Below are positions 24,833-38,200 of a stretch of DNA of 64,000 bases, piece after piece. The notes beneath the pieces are model-generated. The model saw only the letters and a program-made list of their open reading frames with translations, searched no databases and had not been told where the DNA came from. The stretch lies in the NCBI GenBank assembly GCA_030141605.1, contig JAQGDQ010000133.1:124001-188000 (forward strand), given 5' to 3'. The stretch comes from Tubiluchus corallicola (lineage: Eukaryota; Animalia; Priapulida). The translations under genes and the position numbers were made by a program. Position 1 is the first letter of the stretch, and every line of letters starts with the position of its first letter.

Positions 24833-27083
24833 CCCGTGAAACATATATCATTTCATGCTAGATATTAAAATTTTGGTAAACATCATAACAAACTTTTAAC
24901 TATTATGTAAAAATCTTTATGCTATATGTAAAAATATGTAAAAAAATATGATAACAAGTTGTACTGGCTTTCCAAGACCTCGTCTATCAGATTAAAAATA
25001 AAAATTAGCAGCACTAGTTGCCAATTTTCATACTGCTACTTAAAGTTGAAAGGACCAACAAACTAGAAATGAACACGCATAAAATTTTATCAGCATAAGC
25101 ATGAATGTGTGTGTTGCCAATGACGCTGCCATTTATACTAGTAGCTTTATTATTTTTTGATTAATGGTGCAATCTGAATCTGATGCTGGCAGACTGAAAG
25201 TCCTATTTGCCATCACAGCTATAATCAAAAATAAGGAAAGCATGGCCAATACAAATTAAGTAGTATACCACCAGTTTAGAACAATTACATAAAATTACAA
25301 ATGCAGTCACAAGTTTAATGACAAAATAAACACTAAATTCCAGCTAAAAATAACACAAGCTCAATACTAAAAGAAACTATTTAACAAAATGAAAACTACT
25401 GCGACTCATCATAATTACATTATATGCCATTTACTGCTAAGCCAGCGGGTTGCTGACACAACTTCTGACAGACTAATACTGCAGTCAGCCACTTTTTGGC
25501 AAAGTAGCCCATGTACTGCACTTGCAATACTGTGCATGATGTGCGACACATCTCAGAAACAAGCATGACATATATATATATATAGGGTGCCTAAGAACTG
25601 CACGGAGTCTCACATACGTGAAAATAGAAGATCTATAATTAATCAAAATTTTAGGCAAGTTTTACTAGTAAAGCATTGTGGCATTTGGACAAGTTGCATC
25701 TGACAACATTTATTGCCCTGTTTTATCTGTATGAGTACTGCACATGTACTTCAAAGATTTAAAAACTTAAATTGTTTAACTTGCCTAACTCATATCAAAC
25801 TTTACAATGATAATAATTTAGTGACATTAGTAATAATAACAATAACATATTACAACAAATAGCTGTGAGTAAAACTACAATTAAACTGCCTGTATGAGCC
25901 TAAAACAACAGTCTATAAATAACTGGTATTGTCACTTACATGAAACAGAAACTGTATATAAGCAATTTTGGCTTGCCATGGGAATTATAATAAGCATATC
26001 ATGCACAATTCACACATGGGTCATAATGCAAAATCCTGGGTATAAATAGTTCACCAGCCTTTAAAACTCGACGAACAGGCTCTAATACTTAAAAAAAGCA
26101 AATTAAGACACTGAACCTATACAATATAGTGCAGATTACAAAACCCTGGTTAGAAGGTAAAATAATGGCTCAAGAGCCCGGTACTGAAGAAAAAATGTTG
26201 ACAAAAAAGCAGACATCTCATCTACCCTAATACACCTCATATGAGGTAAAATATACGTGATATGTGCTAAACAAAATGTTATTATTATTACTTATAATTA
26301 TGTCAAAAGAGTTGTCATCTTTAAGCTTAAAAAGTTTGTAACCTTACGTATACTCATCGCCTTGAAGCAATTCAGAAGTGTTATCTTCACTTGGAGCATG
26401 ATGTGGATTTATTTTCTATAATTATCTTTTCCAGGGTTTAGTGGAAAACCAGGGAATTATCTTAATCAGGGTTTTGTAACTTTCGCTGAAAAACATTTTT
26501 TTATAAGGTGCAAACTCACTTTTTATGAGTTGCTTAGTAGTTTGCAAATTTATCATGGTTATTGGTTTTTTTTTGCTGTTGCATTTTTGTTTTTGTATTT
26601 CTGCACGTTTATGTATTTTTTATTATAGTTATGTCTACTGTCATTAGCGTCCTTTTGTTTACTGTCCGTTGAGAAGGGTTGTTGACTCGATAACCTTTGG
26701 TTTTTCGCCACCCTTTCTCCTATGTTCGTTTGTATTTTTGTGTATTTTATTATCAAATCGTGTATTTATGGAGGAAAATAAATTACTATCACTATTACTC
26801 CAGAACAAAGGTGTAGTACTATTTATCTAGTAAGTGCATATTAGATTTTGACTGACGATATTACACTGTAGTAAACTAATTCCTTTTTAAGACCTTTTCG
26901 TCGACTTCAGGGACATTCTGGTAAACTTATTCGTCCAAATCCTACTATTAGTATTAAGTATTAAAACTAAAGTAATATAATGTACGGAAACATTTTTTAG
27001 TCATCGTGTGATTAGTTAATGGAATCGTCTCCCAAGCAATGTAGCAGCTTCAGGGAACATAAGCAAATTTAAAAGTGCAATGA

Positions 27084-27125
27084 GAGTGGCGGGCTCAATG
27101 TAACTATAGCCATTGGCTAGCGCCA
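27084..27125. promoter_or_regulatory. Possible URI1 promoter motifs (E2F-like TGGCGGG, reverse CCAAT box)
   Basis: TGGCGGG at 27087-27093, ATTGG at 27112-27116 and TAGCGCCA nearby, in a locally CG-richer patch upstream of URI1. Motif match only. Confidence 0.25.
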
Positions 27126-27449
27126 CTAAACCATTCAATAGTATAAAAACGATTAGCTCTCGAGATCAAATGTTGCCCATCCTAATTAAAGTAGTATTAG
27201 TTGCTTTTTAAACTACAATTAAAACTTAATTGTTAGCTATTATTATTTGAATATTTAATTAATTATTAAATATAAAAACGGTGCTTAAAAGACTGCAACA
27301 AACGGTAACCTCGTTATTTCAGTTCAAGTCATATGGGAAATCTTTTACGCTTGTATTGTTGTAGATATGATCAAAGTCAGAGATTTAGATGAAGCACTGC
27401 TGACGCTTAATGACGAGTAATGATGATGATAGACAGCAATCTCTACCAG

Positions 27450-27778
27450 AAAACGAATTCGAATCGAATCGAATTTGTGACTTTCGAATTAGAATCGAAC
27501 CGAATTTCGGAGTCGAATTCGAATTGAGTTTGAAATATTTTCGAACTACTAGTAAAAAGTGGTCTTACAAAGATCATGCATATTAGTTGATTCTGTTCTA
27601 CAGTCAAACCACTATTAGAAATTTTTCACAGAAACCGCAGCTAAATTGTGCTAATTTCGTGCTGTTTCAAATATTTCAATGATAAAGAACGTATGTGGTT
27701 GAAGTGCTGAATTATTCGATTCTACAATAGGTTCGAATCGAATTCGAACTAAAAAAACTCATTCGATGCTCACCTCTA
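27450..27778. mobile_element. MITE relic with (CGAAT)n subterminal arrays
   Basis: Dense GAATTCGAATCGAATCGAAT motifs at both ends. The right end ATTCGATGCTCACCTCTA resembles a hAT-type TIR; the left TIR is not recognisable. Confidence 0.5.
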
Positions 27779-28599
27779 ATGACGACTAATGTAACAGCCA
27801 AGCACCTCTTTTTTAGTTTCAACTCCGTCAGGACTGCACCGTTCAAAATAAGTCTTATAAAACCTTTGACTTTTCTGTTACAGTCTGAGCACAGAAAAAC
27901 TAAATGATTACAAATTAGTTGCTGTTATATTCACGAGAATCTCAGCTATCCGATCATGCTATTTGTTTAAACATCTATAAGTGATTTAATTGGATAAAAT
28001 TAAGAAAAACGCGCCCTTTCAGGCATTCCAGCTTAGCCTATTGAGTAGCTTAGTCTGGTTGATCGTACAGACTATTTTATTGATCGCCTGCTTGCTGCGG
28101 CCAAAGAGAACTATAAGTAATAATATTAGTACTAACATAATCTCTATGAAGCGAACCGTCTGGCGTGCAGAGCTCCAGAAAAAACTAACCGATCAGCTTA
28201 GGAGAAATTAAGGCTGTTTCATCTTTTAACAAGAAGTTCTCCTTAAAAATAGAGTAGACTTGAGGACAAAGTGTATTAGAATGTTGTGTCTGAATAGCTG
28301 AAATTTTCTGCATTATCCGGTTTCACACAAGTGATACTGTATATTGTTACGGTGCAAGCATTGCAGCTACTGAAAGTTTTTTTTTAATTTTTCGTCAAAA
28401 ATCGTTTTTTAATTTGTTTAAGGTAAGCAGTTCATATATAATTTTTCATGAAAATCCATTGTGTGAGGACTAGAAACCTACAAAAATTATGAACGAGCAC
28501 TCGAGCAGTATTGAGCAGCAATTCATGAACCGCAAACGCTTACGGTCCTGCAGGAGCAGTATGGATGCGCATCTCTCTGCTTAAGTTTCCGGCAAAACC

Positions 28600-28872
28600 A
28601 AACAATATTTCTATAATTTTGCTTCCTGCAGATAAAAGAGCGATAAGCCTGTAAATGCCTTTGACTGTAATATCCCCATTTTTTATCTTTAACAAGCAGT
28701 ACTAGTGTAGATAACATCAACGATTGCGGCAGGTAGCCGTGTGTTACACAGGAGGTGAATAAACATGCCAACATGATTGCCAGCAGAAAGGAATGTAGTA
28801 CGGAAATGTTCACCTTTAAGTCCGTCTGGACCAGCTGATTTATGTAAAGAAAGCTTACCAATAATTGTCATC
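28600..28872 (-). pseudogene. Short non-LTR retrotransposon RT-upstream fragment
   Basis: Frameshifted LHKSAGPDGLKGEH..LFTSCVTHGYLP..LVLLVKDK..YRLIAL, typical of the region preceding LINE RT domains; abuts the (GA)n tract. Confidence 0.7.
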
Positions 28873-28879
28873 TACCAAT

Positions 28880-29068
<189 letters not shown>

Positions 29069-29614
29069 TGAGCTAAGCAAGCAGAAATACAAAAATGTGC
29101 CTGTATTGGTATTATATAAAGTAGCAAAATACTGACAAAACATTTGGCTCTTTAAATAGAATTATATAATCAACAATTCACGAATATTTCGCACAGTGTT
29201 TATCTACCTTTCTTAATACATTAATTTTGGCGATAGAAATAGACTCACATATATACATATTTACCTACCAAGTTAGCTTATAAAGCTATACGCATTAATA
29301 AGCAAAGGTTATAGACAGTTTTCCAAGAGCGAATTTCTCGAAATGGAACCTGGAACTTGTAGTTAGTTGCCCTGGTGGAGATTAAACACTATTTCTGAGA
29401 CCTCCACGAATGTTTTCTTTTGTATGGAGTTCGGTCAAGTGTTGCAAAAAAAGAACGCACGAAAAAACGCCCATTTTTGGCACCCGATAGCCACCGTCTA
29501 CGCAATGTTTCATGGAAATCTGTTCGGTAGTTTTTTGTGTTATAAGCCTAGCTAACTACTATAGCAGGCAAAAACAACTAAAAGTTTTGACCCTAAACTC
29601 ATATTTTACTAAGC

Positions 29615-29760
29615 CGGTGTGCCATTTTTCCTCTGCCGTTTTTACCAGTGCCATTTTACATACTTTTCCATTTGTGATATTTTTTCCGTGTTATTTTTTC
29701 GTGCCATTTTTACTTACTTTTTCATTTGTGCCACTTTTCCTGTGTCATTTTTACTTACAT
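29615..29760. repeat. Degenerate GTGCCATTTT(T)(A/C)C tandem array (probable MITE subterminal repeats)
   Basis: GTGCCATTTT-like motif recurs about 7 times at short spacing. Confidence 0.55.
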
Positions 29761-30085
29761 TCATTTAATATAGTGTAATATTTCATGTGAGAATATTATT
29801 AGCTCAAATCTTTATTAGTCTTGACAACCAAGCCAATCAAAACAGCAGTCAAAGCACTAACCTATAGGTGACTTAACCAAGTAGGCGATTACTTATAGTT
29901 AATATTGGCCACGCAGTTGATCCGTTTGGTGGACTACCAACGAAGAACCAACTAGCCAACTGTTGGCTATCGCACGAAGTGACCAACCATCCAACACAGC
30001 TGAACAATTTGTTATTAACAGCACACGGCTGTACTTGACTAACTCTCTTATCTATTATGCAGCCATTGGTCAGTCAGATGAATGG

Positions 30086-30086
<1 letters not shown>

Positions 30087-30162
<76 letters not shown>

Positions 30163-30225
30163 GTCATAATCATCATCGTAGTCGTAATCATCATCATCAT
30201 CGTCATCGTCATTATCGCCATCATA
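30087..30225. repeat. (ATC)n trinucleotide microsatellite
   Basis: Directly visible; degenerates into ATCGTC toward the 3' end. Confidence 0.95.
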
Positions 30226-31281
30226 AATCACTCGAATTTCCTTGACTAGCTTTGCTGCTAAATAAATTGATAACATTTATTTTGCAAGAGTATATTAACC
30301 AGTGAAGACTGACAGCGCAAATCAGTCACTGATTTGTATTTGTCGTCAAAAGGCGACATCAAAGTAGGGGAGTGGTCACAGCAGAAGTATGTAGCACGCC
30401 ATTCTGATGATTTAATAGGTAGATCGCAAGTTGGAAAGTTGGGAACACTGTTTTAGATGGTTTCGTCAGGCATTCTGCCTAGTGACGAAAATGTGAATCA
30501 TCATCTGCGTAGGCCTGTTTTCTTTCATAAGAACTACTATTAAGAAGTTTTAGGTCTTCTAATTTTTTGAACATGTTTACGGATAGTTTGCGTCGTTTCA
30601 TATAAATGAATGAATATATAACGTACGTATGAATAGACATGCATTCTTCAAATGTAGAGGTAATGCCATTTTGCCCAAGAAATATTGGGGTATTACATAC
30701 GTGTGTTACATAAATTTAAATCTAGGAAATTAAGGTAACTTAGGGGGCGCCCCAAAATCGTTACTAATTGAGGCCCGCAACTCATACCTGAGGTGCGACC
30801 CTGTGGGCCCTACAGCGAAAGTTGTGAAAAATTGAAAAACTTCATTAGTGTTAGGTTAACTTTGTTGTTGTCATAAATATGTTGTCATGAGCACAGGCTG
30901 TTACTACGCTCAGCAGTACCTTTCAGGTGCCGGCTCGCCAGATTCACACCCAGTTTAGGCCAATTAAAACCAAATAATCATCTTTCATAATTTGAGCTCA
31001 GCATTCAAGCCTAAAATATTAAATCATTAGCCTTGCAGACAAAGTTACAATTCTGCTATTGCAATAATATTGAAGAATTAACAGTATTAATGATTATGAT
31101 ATAATAGCTATTACAAATCAAAATAGGCCAACAATTACGAAAATGTCTATATCTCAAGCTTTTGCAAATGTTTGACCGTAAAGTAGTCTTTAAATTTTCG
31201 AATTAGAATAATTTAGGTTACTTTATGATATCAATATCGGACAAATATCATGAAACATCTGAATGTGAACGTGTTAAGCAC

Positions 31282-32256
31282 TCATGCTTTTGGTAATTCA
31301 CTCGGCATGACTTGAACACTGCGGCCAGCGTTTTCTGGAATGCTGCTGTGCACATTAGTCTTTATAGTGTCTTGCTCCCCCGAGGGATGAATTTTCATTC
31401 TTCGCAGCAGTTTTGCGAGAGCATTTTGGTTTTCTGCAATGTTGACTCCATACATGATTGGAGCAATGATGAAATTAATAAATGTAAGATCTTCTGCTAG
31501 CCTAATTGACCACATGGGCAAGCACAGACAGATTTCTACAATGCAGTTGAATATCATGTATATCATCCACGTTGTAAAGAACAACACCAAGATCCTAGCA
31601 ACTGCTATTGTGGCCTTATTATCGCGCTTTTCCTTTTTCTTAGTTGTTGCTGTGCTTACCGCTCTGGCTCGTACTTTTCTCGCAATCTGTACGTAAGCGG
31701 CTACCACAATCACTGCTGGGGCACCAACGGTCAGTACGTATAAAATTAACAAAGCAATATTTCCCATTTCGAAAGTGCATCTTCCCGTTTTATGAAAGTC
31801 CCATGCATATGAAGCAATCGTAAAGACTAATGGATAGCTCCAAAGAAAAACAACAACAAGCATGAGCTTCTTTGTAGTAAAAGACGTCTTATGCCAAACT
31901 GGATGGACTACGCTAAGGTATCGTTCCATGGCTATTGCACACACGTGGTAATACACCACACACCCTGAACCATGTAACAATCCTATAATGGCACAGTTTA
32001 ACCGAGGAACCATTAGATATGTAGTGACGACCCTCATTACAAGCATTGATGAGCATATCAAGTCCGAGGAAGTCAGTGACAGCAGCAAGATGTTTTTAAC
32101 TGTTCCTGGTTTCCCAGATTTCACTGCTGTAACAGTCATGATGGTATTAGTCATTATGGCTGCGAATGCTAGTGATAGTTCCAGAGCTGCTAGCAAGTGC
32201 GTTGACAGGCCTGGTGCAATTTCTAAGAACGCTGAAGATCCGTTGGATGTATCCAT
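31282..32256 (-). CDS. Intronless rhodopsin-like (class A) orphan GPCR, 324 aa
   Basis: Seven hydrophobic segments; N-glycosylation sequon NGS; TM1 N; TM2 LSLTSSDL; TM3 Cys and AMERY; TM4 W; ECL2 Cys; TM5 P...Y; TM6 FFTTW; TM7 APIMY. Confidence 0.9.
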   Translation of the reverse strand: MDTSNGSSAFLEIAPGLSTHLLAALELSLAFAAIMTNTIMTVTAVKSGKPGTVKNILLLSLTSSDLICSSMLVMRVVTTYLMVPRLNCAIIGLLHGSGCVVYYHVCAIAMERYLSVVHPVWHKTSFTTKKLMLVVVFLWSYPLVFTIASYAWDFHKTGRCTFEMGNIALLILYVLTVGAPAVIVVAAYVQIARKVRARAVSTATTKKKEKRDNKATIAVARILVLFFTTWMIYMIFNCIVEICLCLPMWSIRLAEDLTFINFIIAPIMYGVNIAENQNALAKLLRRMKIHPSGEQDTIKTNVHSSIPENAGRSVQVMPSELPKA

Positions 32257-35199
32257 TTTCTCTCTATATGGAACTATTCTGTGATTATGCGTTCAATCTT
32301 TTTACATTATTTAAAGCTTTACGCTCGCAAGTTCTGTTTCTAGATCTCGTTTGATGATGATAACTTGCCGATTGTAATATCGCGTAATATTTGATACGCC
32401 GATGCCTGCCTGATGTCTGGCCACTTAACAAACTTTGTAGCTTTGAATTAGCATCAGCACGCGCTACAATCCATGACGCAAATCTTTCACGCAACCTCTT
32501 CGAAAATTGGCTTTGATTTTCATGCAAAGAAATTGTCACATGCAACATATGTCAGGCAAATACGTAATTAAATCCGTTGGGTTCTATTGAGAATATCGCC
32601 GTATTCTGTCCGCAATAACATAAAAATATCACAATCAATAAAAACTTTTGCGATTTATCACTGATTTACAAAGTCAACTTATAAAGCATTGCAATTTACG
32701 CATAACAAATTGCGTGACCAACATATTTCGTCGTGTCTTCAGCGTCAGAGCAAAACATTGTCAGTCACGTCAATTTTCTTTATGAAATTTAGTTGTGAAA
32801 GCTTTTAGCTGCGGTAACGACAGACTTAAGTTGGTATATGCAGACTTGACAAAGGCAGTACTTATTAGATTGAGTCACCAGCAAGATATTTAAAACTTAA
32901 TTTAAATTTAGACTCCTCTGATATGTTTATGCCAGACAAAGCTACGTCCATGCACAACGATTAGTTATTACAATCACATTTTACGCCTACAATAGTAACA
33001 AATTAAAACAATACTGTATTTAAACTCACCTAGTTAAAAGAGTAATTCACTATTATTTAATCGTTTGTAAAGCCAGGTATGTAAAATTCGTCGTGAGCAG
33101 TCCAATATAATACATAACTTACATAAGCAATACTGTCATATACGGTCAGGGCAATCTTTTAAAACGATATGCATTAAAACATATCCTTCATACTAAAGGT
33201 CATCGTATTCGCATTATAATGGTCACAGCACAAAATTAACACTAGTGAAGGAAAAGTTTGTCAATTATAACCGACACACGTCAGTATGCTGTTAGTATTA
33301 TGACTAGTATCATTTAAGTGTCCTAATTCAGTTCACTCACCATTTGTGCCAGCATTAAAAATTACCATAATACTAAAGATAATTGCTATACACACAAATA
33401 TGTCAACTCTACTAATTACATGCAAGAACAACAACAGGAAAATAAAAGCTACCCACATGAAACAAGAAGGACGACCACAAATAAAAAAAATTGATATGTT
33501 TCCAGCATCAGAGTCATTTGCAATATTTGCCCCCTCCCCAGACTGCCAGGTTGACTAGCATAATTAATGGGCGGTGGCGTATATGTTAAAAACATGAAAT
33601 TTTATGCTTCGGACGATAAAGCAGTAACAGTGGGGCAGTGGAAATGAGAAATGCAATATCAGCAGCTTAGTCGAAAAGCAGCAGTAAATAGCAAAAACGT
33701 TAATTAAAAGCCATTAAACTTTATTTTTTTCATACAGCTTTGGGTTAATTAATAAACGTTGCAAATGATACATTCAACAGAATAAGGTTTTGATTAATAT
33801 TATTCGTAGTTGAAAAGTGAAAACTTAGATTTGTTCCTCTGCACATACATATCCGTTGACTTAAAATATTTAATTTACCCGAAGAGCAAGCTAGAGCTTG
33901 TAGCTGAGCAGATTAGGAAGAAAACATTGTTTAATAAACAGGATTAGCGCGTCGTTAACACGCTTAAAGGTTTCGGAAATACGATGATACGGGTAGATTG
34001 CAAGCAAGCTGCACAGCTTACACTTCAGTTGTAAAAAGTTACCACTAAACTTGTTTAGTGACAACCAATATGGGTAAGGTCAAGGGACCTCTTATTATAG
34101 GCTGGCTTGACAAGTTATCTTTATGAGCATTGTATTAATCATAATGTCAATTATGTGTTTCTATCTAGACATACTGTGACTTTATTAAGTTTTATAACAT
34201 ATTCTTCTGAGAGGGCTAGCAACATTTCCCCAGCAAAACGCAAAAATTATATCGTTTTGGTAATATTTTTCATAATTATTTCGATACTTGAAGTCAGTTG
34301 AAGATAATATTTGAGACAAGATGAATTGTAGCTAAGTGCTCTTGCTTCACTCCTGATGTTAAGTAATGCCATAGCAGGCTAGCAAATGAGTGACAATACC
34401 TACATTCTGGGGAAATTTCGCACACCAAACTGATTCTGACTATTCCAGTACCACATTGAAAGGAAATGATTCGCATCCGAATGTGCTCAGAAACTCCTGC
34501 TGGGAAATGGAATTACGAAATACAGAAACTATTTTTCGTTCAAAGTGAGCGCGTCCAAGCGTGAAGTGATTGCTACTTTAAATTGATTTTACTACTTACA
34601 TGAGGCGTTCATCACAAATTTATTGTTGAAACTTTATTTTACTTACTTATTTATTTATTATTTTTATTTTATTCATTTTCTGTCCATACACGCAAAATTA
34701 CATACAACACAGTACAAAAATACATATTTCATATAAAAAATTGGCATAAAAATAAAGCTGTACATTACACAAAATGATTGTATAATTGCGTCTCAAAAAT
34801 TTTGAGCAAATCTAGAGAAAACGACAAGTTCACTAGGTACAAGGCATTAACAGTGGACTAGAACATTTGTTTACAAGTTAATTACAAGTTTTTATAACAC
34901 ATCATCGATGACCTATCTAACCGATCACCTTCTAACATTTTTCTCAAAATTTAATATTAAAATAAGCTCAACTTCGGGAAGACTTGGTTTTTTCTTTAAC
35001 TGAAGGAAATGCAGAAAAACTGGAATTGGGATTTGATTTGAGCTAGCTATCTTTTTTACAAGCCCAAGTCCAAGCAGAACAATAATTATTATATACTGTG
35101 CCTTTAAAGAAAACTGTAGAACTTGTTTGCATTGAGCAAGACGTAGCGGTGCCTGACAGAGTGGCGGTGCATTAGAAATTTAAGCATCGCAAATTTACG

Positions 35200-35210
35200 A
35201 ATATGGCGGC
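35200..35210 (+). promoter_or_regulatory. YY1-like motif overlapping the MRPL3 start codon
   Basis: AATATGGCGGC matches the YY1 consensus (AANATGGCGGC), common at housekeeping gene starts. Motif match only. Confidence 0.3.
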
Positions 35211-38200
35211 TTCCTTGAAATCATGTTTTATCTGTAATGGTTCATTAGAAAGTTTGGAAAAACTAAGCAAAAGGTACTATAATTTATATCTTCCATAGTT
35301 ACGTAATAACTAAAGGTAATCAAGTTTTAGCTAAACAACGTCAGCGTTTCCTATACAATATTTCTTAATTTCATTCGTAGGCATGTAGTCTAGAAGCCTT
35401 TTGTCGATTTGTTTGTTCACTGCTATAGTTGAAACTTAACAATGTATAACGCTTTTAGGTTAGATTTTTAGCGTCATAGTTTTCGCAGTTTTTGGGGTAT
35501 GGTGGACGGCGGTAATAATGTTCTGTTTTACAACGTGTTTACCATACTGCGTTTATTGGTGTTTCATGTATTTAACTGAAATGTACTTATAGTCGTCATT
35601 GAGAAATTTGGAGGAATGCAAGCTTCTTAATCTGTGTTCCAGCACAAGACTGGAACTCCAGTAAATATATGTGTTTTATTATTAACTAGGGTAATTATTA
35701 TTTACTCTATTAATTTAATGAGTTACTACTACGTTTTTTCACATTATCATCCAACCACCCCAAATTCACTAATCTTTAAAATAAGAGCAACGTGTTAAGG
35801 ACATTATGGTCGCATGTTGCCCCTTGCATTTGGCTTTGTTATTCTTAGTCCTTGTGTGTTTTCTTGTAATTATTGCATCTAACCATGTATGTGAAATAAA
35901 TAATCTATATCTGGAGTAATCACAGGCTCGCAGCCGTTCATTTGATTATTGAACCGAATTTTTAGTAAACTATATTCGTAATTATTTTATGTAAGTTTAG
36001 CTGCTTTGGCCAATCACTTCGCTCTGAACTGTGCTGTAGGAAGTCATTGCTACTTAGCCTTTTGTCTCAGATAAAGTTCCAAGTCCAAAAACATCTCAGA
36101 TGGAAATCAACATCTCTTACATGACTTTCAAGTCTAAACGTGATCACAGAAACATGTTAGTTCATACAGTTGTGCCATAGCTTAATAGCAAATAAACAGC
36201 TGTCTCTAATAGAAAGCAAATAGACTGTAATACTAAATTGTAAAAGTAAACTATAATACTCACTGTAACCATAACTATAATGATTACTGTCTTCATATCC
36301 ATAAATTACAGTGCTGCAACTGCATTTGAACATTTGAAGCATTTAGTTGCACCCACTGTACATTTCTTAATCGTCTGTATCTGCATCTGCAATTTTTAAC
36401 ACTGTCTCATCTTATGCCGTACTGTGTTTTTATGAACTTATCTAAGCTTATGCTTTGTACTTTTCACATTAATTGTTTTTGCTGTGTAAGCTGTGTTGAA
36501 ACACTGTGTAACATAGCACTTTTTGAAAATCAACAACCATTATTATTAATTATTTTGACTAGCTAGTATATTGTAACTGACCAAAAAACACCTTAATTTA
36601 TTGACGGACTCACGAAAACCACTTGATTCAGATTTGAATTCAACTGTACCAGTACAACAATACAGAAGTAGAACTGATAATTATTTGCAAAGTGTAAGAT
36701 TTTCTGAATTACAAAAAATATAATCAATTTAACTGATTAGTAATGAATATAGTCTAGATAGTGTGAGAGTATATAGTACTAACATTTGGAAATGTTTGGG
36801 TTATAATTGAATTAAGCCCTGTCTTCATCACAAGATGCAAAGTGGTATAGTATCCATGGGATTCCACTTGTAATCCAAAGGTCTGTGGTTCACATCCAGG
36901 CTAAGCAATAACTTTTTACATATAACTCCTTTTGGTTAGTTTTGTCTTCAAAATTATGTTCTCGTTCCATTACTAAATACCATTTGCTTTGATTCATTTT
37001 TAGGCCTTCGGTTTTGCTAACTTTTGTTCGATTTCGACGCAGGACCACAGTGCCACCAGCCTGGTGGCAGCGCCAGTATGATAAAAGTGCTCCTGAAAGC
37101 TTGACAGCAGAAAATGAAGCATTTTTGCAGGAAATAGTAAAAGAAAAATACTCAAAAAGCAGTCTGTTGAAGGATGGTCCATGGGAGCGTGGTGAATGGG
37201 TGACAAAAAGGTATGTTGTTTGCATTTAAGGCTGTTTTGTGTTTGATTTTTATACATTTTGGCACACTCCAAGGTGGAGTCCAGGTGCTTATTGCCAGGG
37301 TTTATTCATTTCAGTTGGTTGTGGCAGAACAGGAATCTATCTCATTAACAAGGATGTGCCACTAAGATGAAACACCACTAGCAGAGGTGTTTCAGCCATG
37401 TTTGACTGTGTATGCAACCTTCCTCAATCAGGCCCAGAAACTGTATGATTAAAACTACTCAAAATGAGATTGAACTCAGATGGTCATTATCCCATTCATT
37501 AACTGGCTTTGATGTTGGCTTACTTTCATTTGGTAAGCATACACTGTGACCAGTCAGCTGTTTTCGCTCCATTTTAAAATATCTTATCTGATCATCTTCA
37601 AGATTTAATTGTATTAAAACTGCTAATTTAGTATTTTTGTACTACACATGTACAGAGCTCAATTTAGCCTGGAAACAGCATAAGATAGAGATGTTTAAAG
37701 TCTCGCCACATTTTTGACTCAATATTTACTTTCTACTACAAAAGCAAAGAATCAGAGCAGATTTTTATACTTACACACTAAAGCTATAACTCCATGTGCG
37801 AATTCATGATGTGCATTGATTGTTTCCATGTGCCTGTGAATGCTAGGCATATCAACAATATTCACAGTGCTCTTTCTTCCATTTATGATCGCTGTTTATG
37901 AAAATTGCAAGTTTTTTTTGGAAGCCAGGTTTTTGTCGAAATTTCAGTGTGATAGTTATAGCGATGGCATTAGCTTGTTATTGTAAAATTAGATGAAAAA
38001 AGAAGTACACGTTTTGGGTGCACAACATTTTGTAGAGGAGAGAACAATATGGCACATATCATCGTTTAGTGAAAGAAGATATATAACACATAAGTATACG
38101 CTTCTTCCACCCTTTAGAAACTCAAATAGAGGAAATATTATTGTGTGTACATTTTGCAATGACCGAAATTCACCTAGCCAGAAATTTCAGTAAGCCAATC

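Noticed and set aside
26347-26416. Additional upstream coding exon of URI1
   Set aside because: It has plausible splice sites, but splicing to the acceptor before 24832 hits a stop (ATG AAA TGA), and an in-frame TGA precedes the URI1 ATG; at most a 5' UTR exon.
29963-30276. Poly-His, poly-Ser and poly-Asp ORFs
   Set aside because: Translations of the (ATC)n microsatellite.
31312-32354. Plus-strand ORFs overlapping the GPCR (and similar antisense ORFs over MRPL3, GOT2 and the DEG/ENaC gene)
   Set aside because: Antisense shadows of real coding sequence with no motifs of their own.
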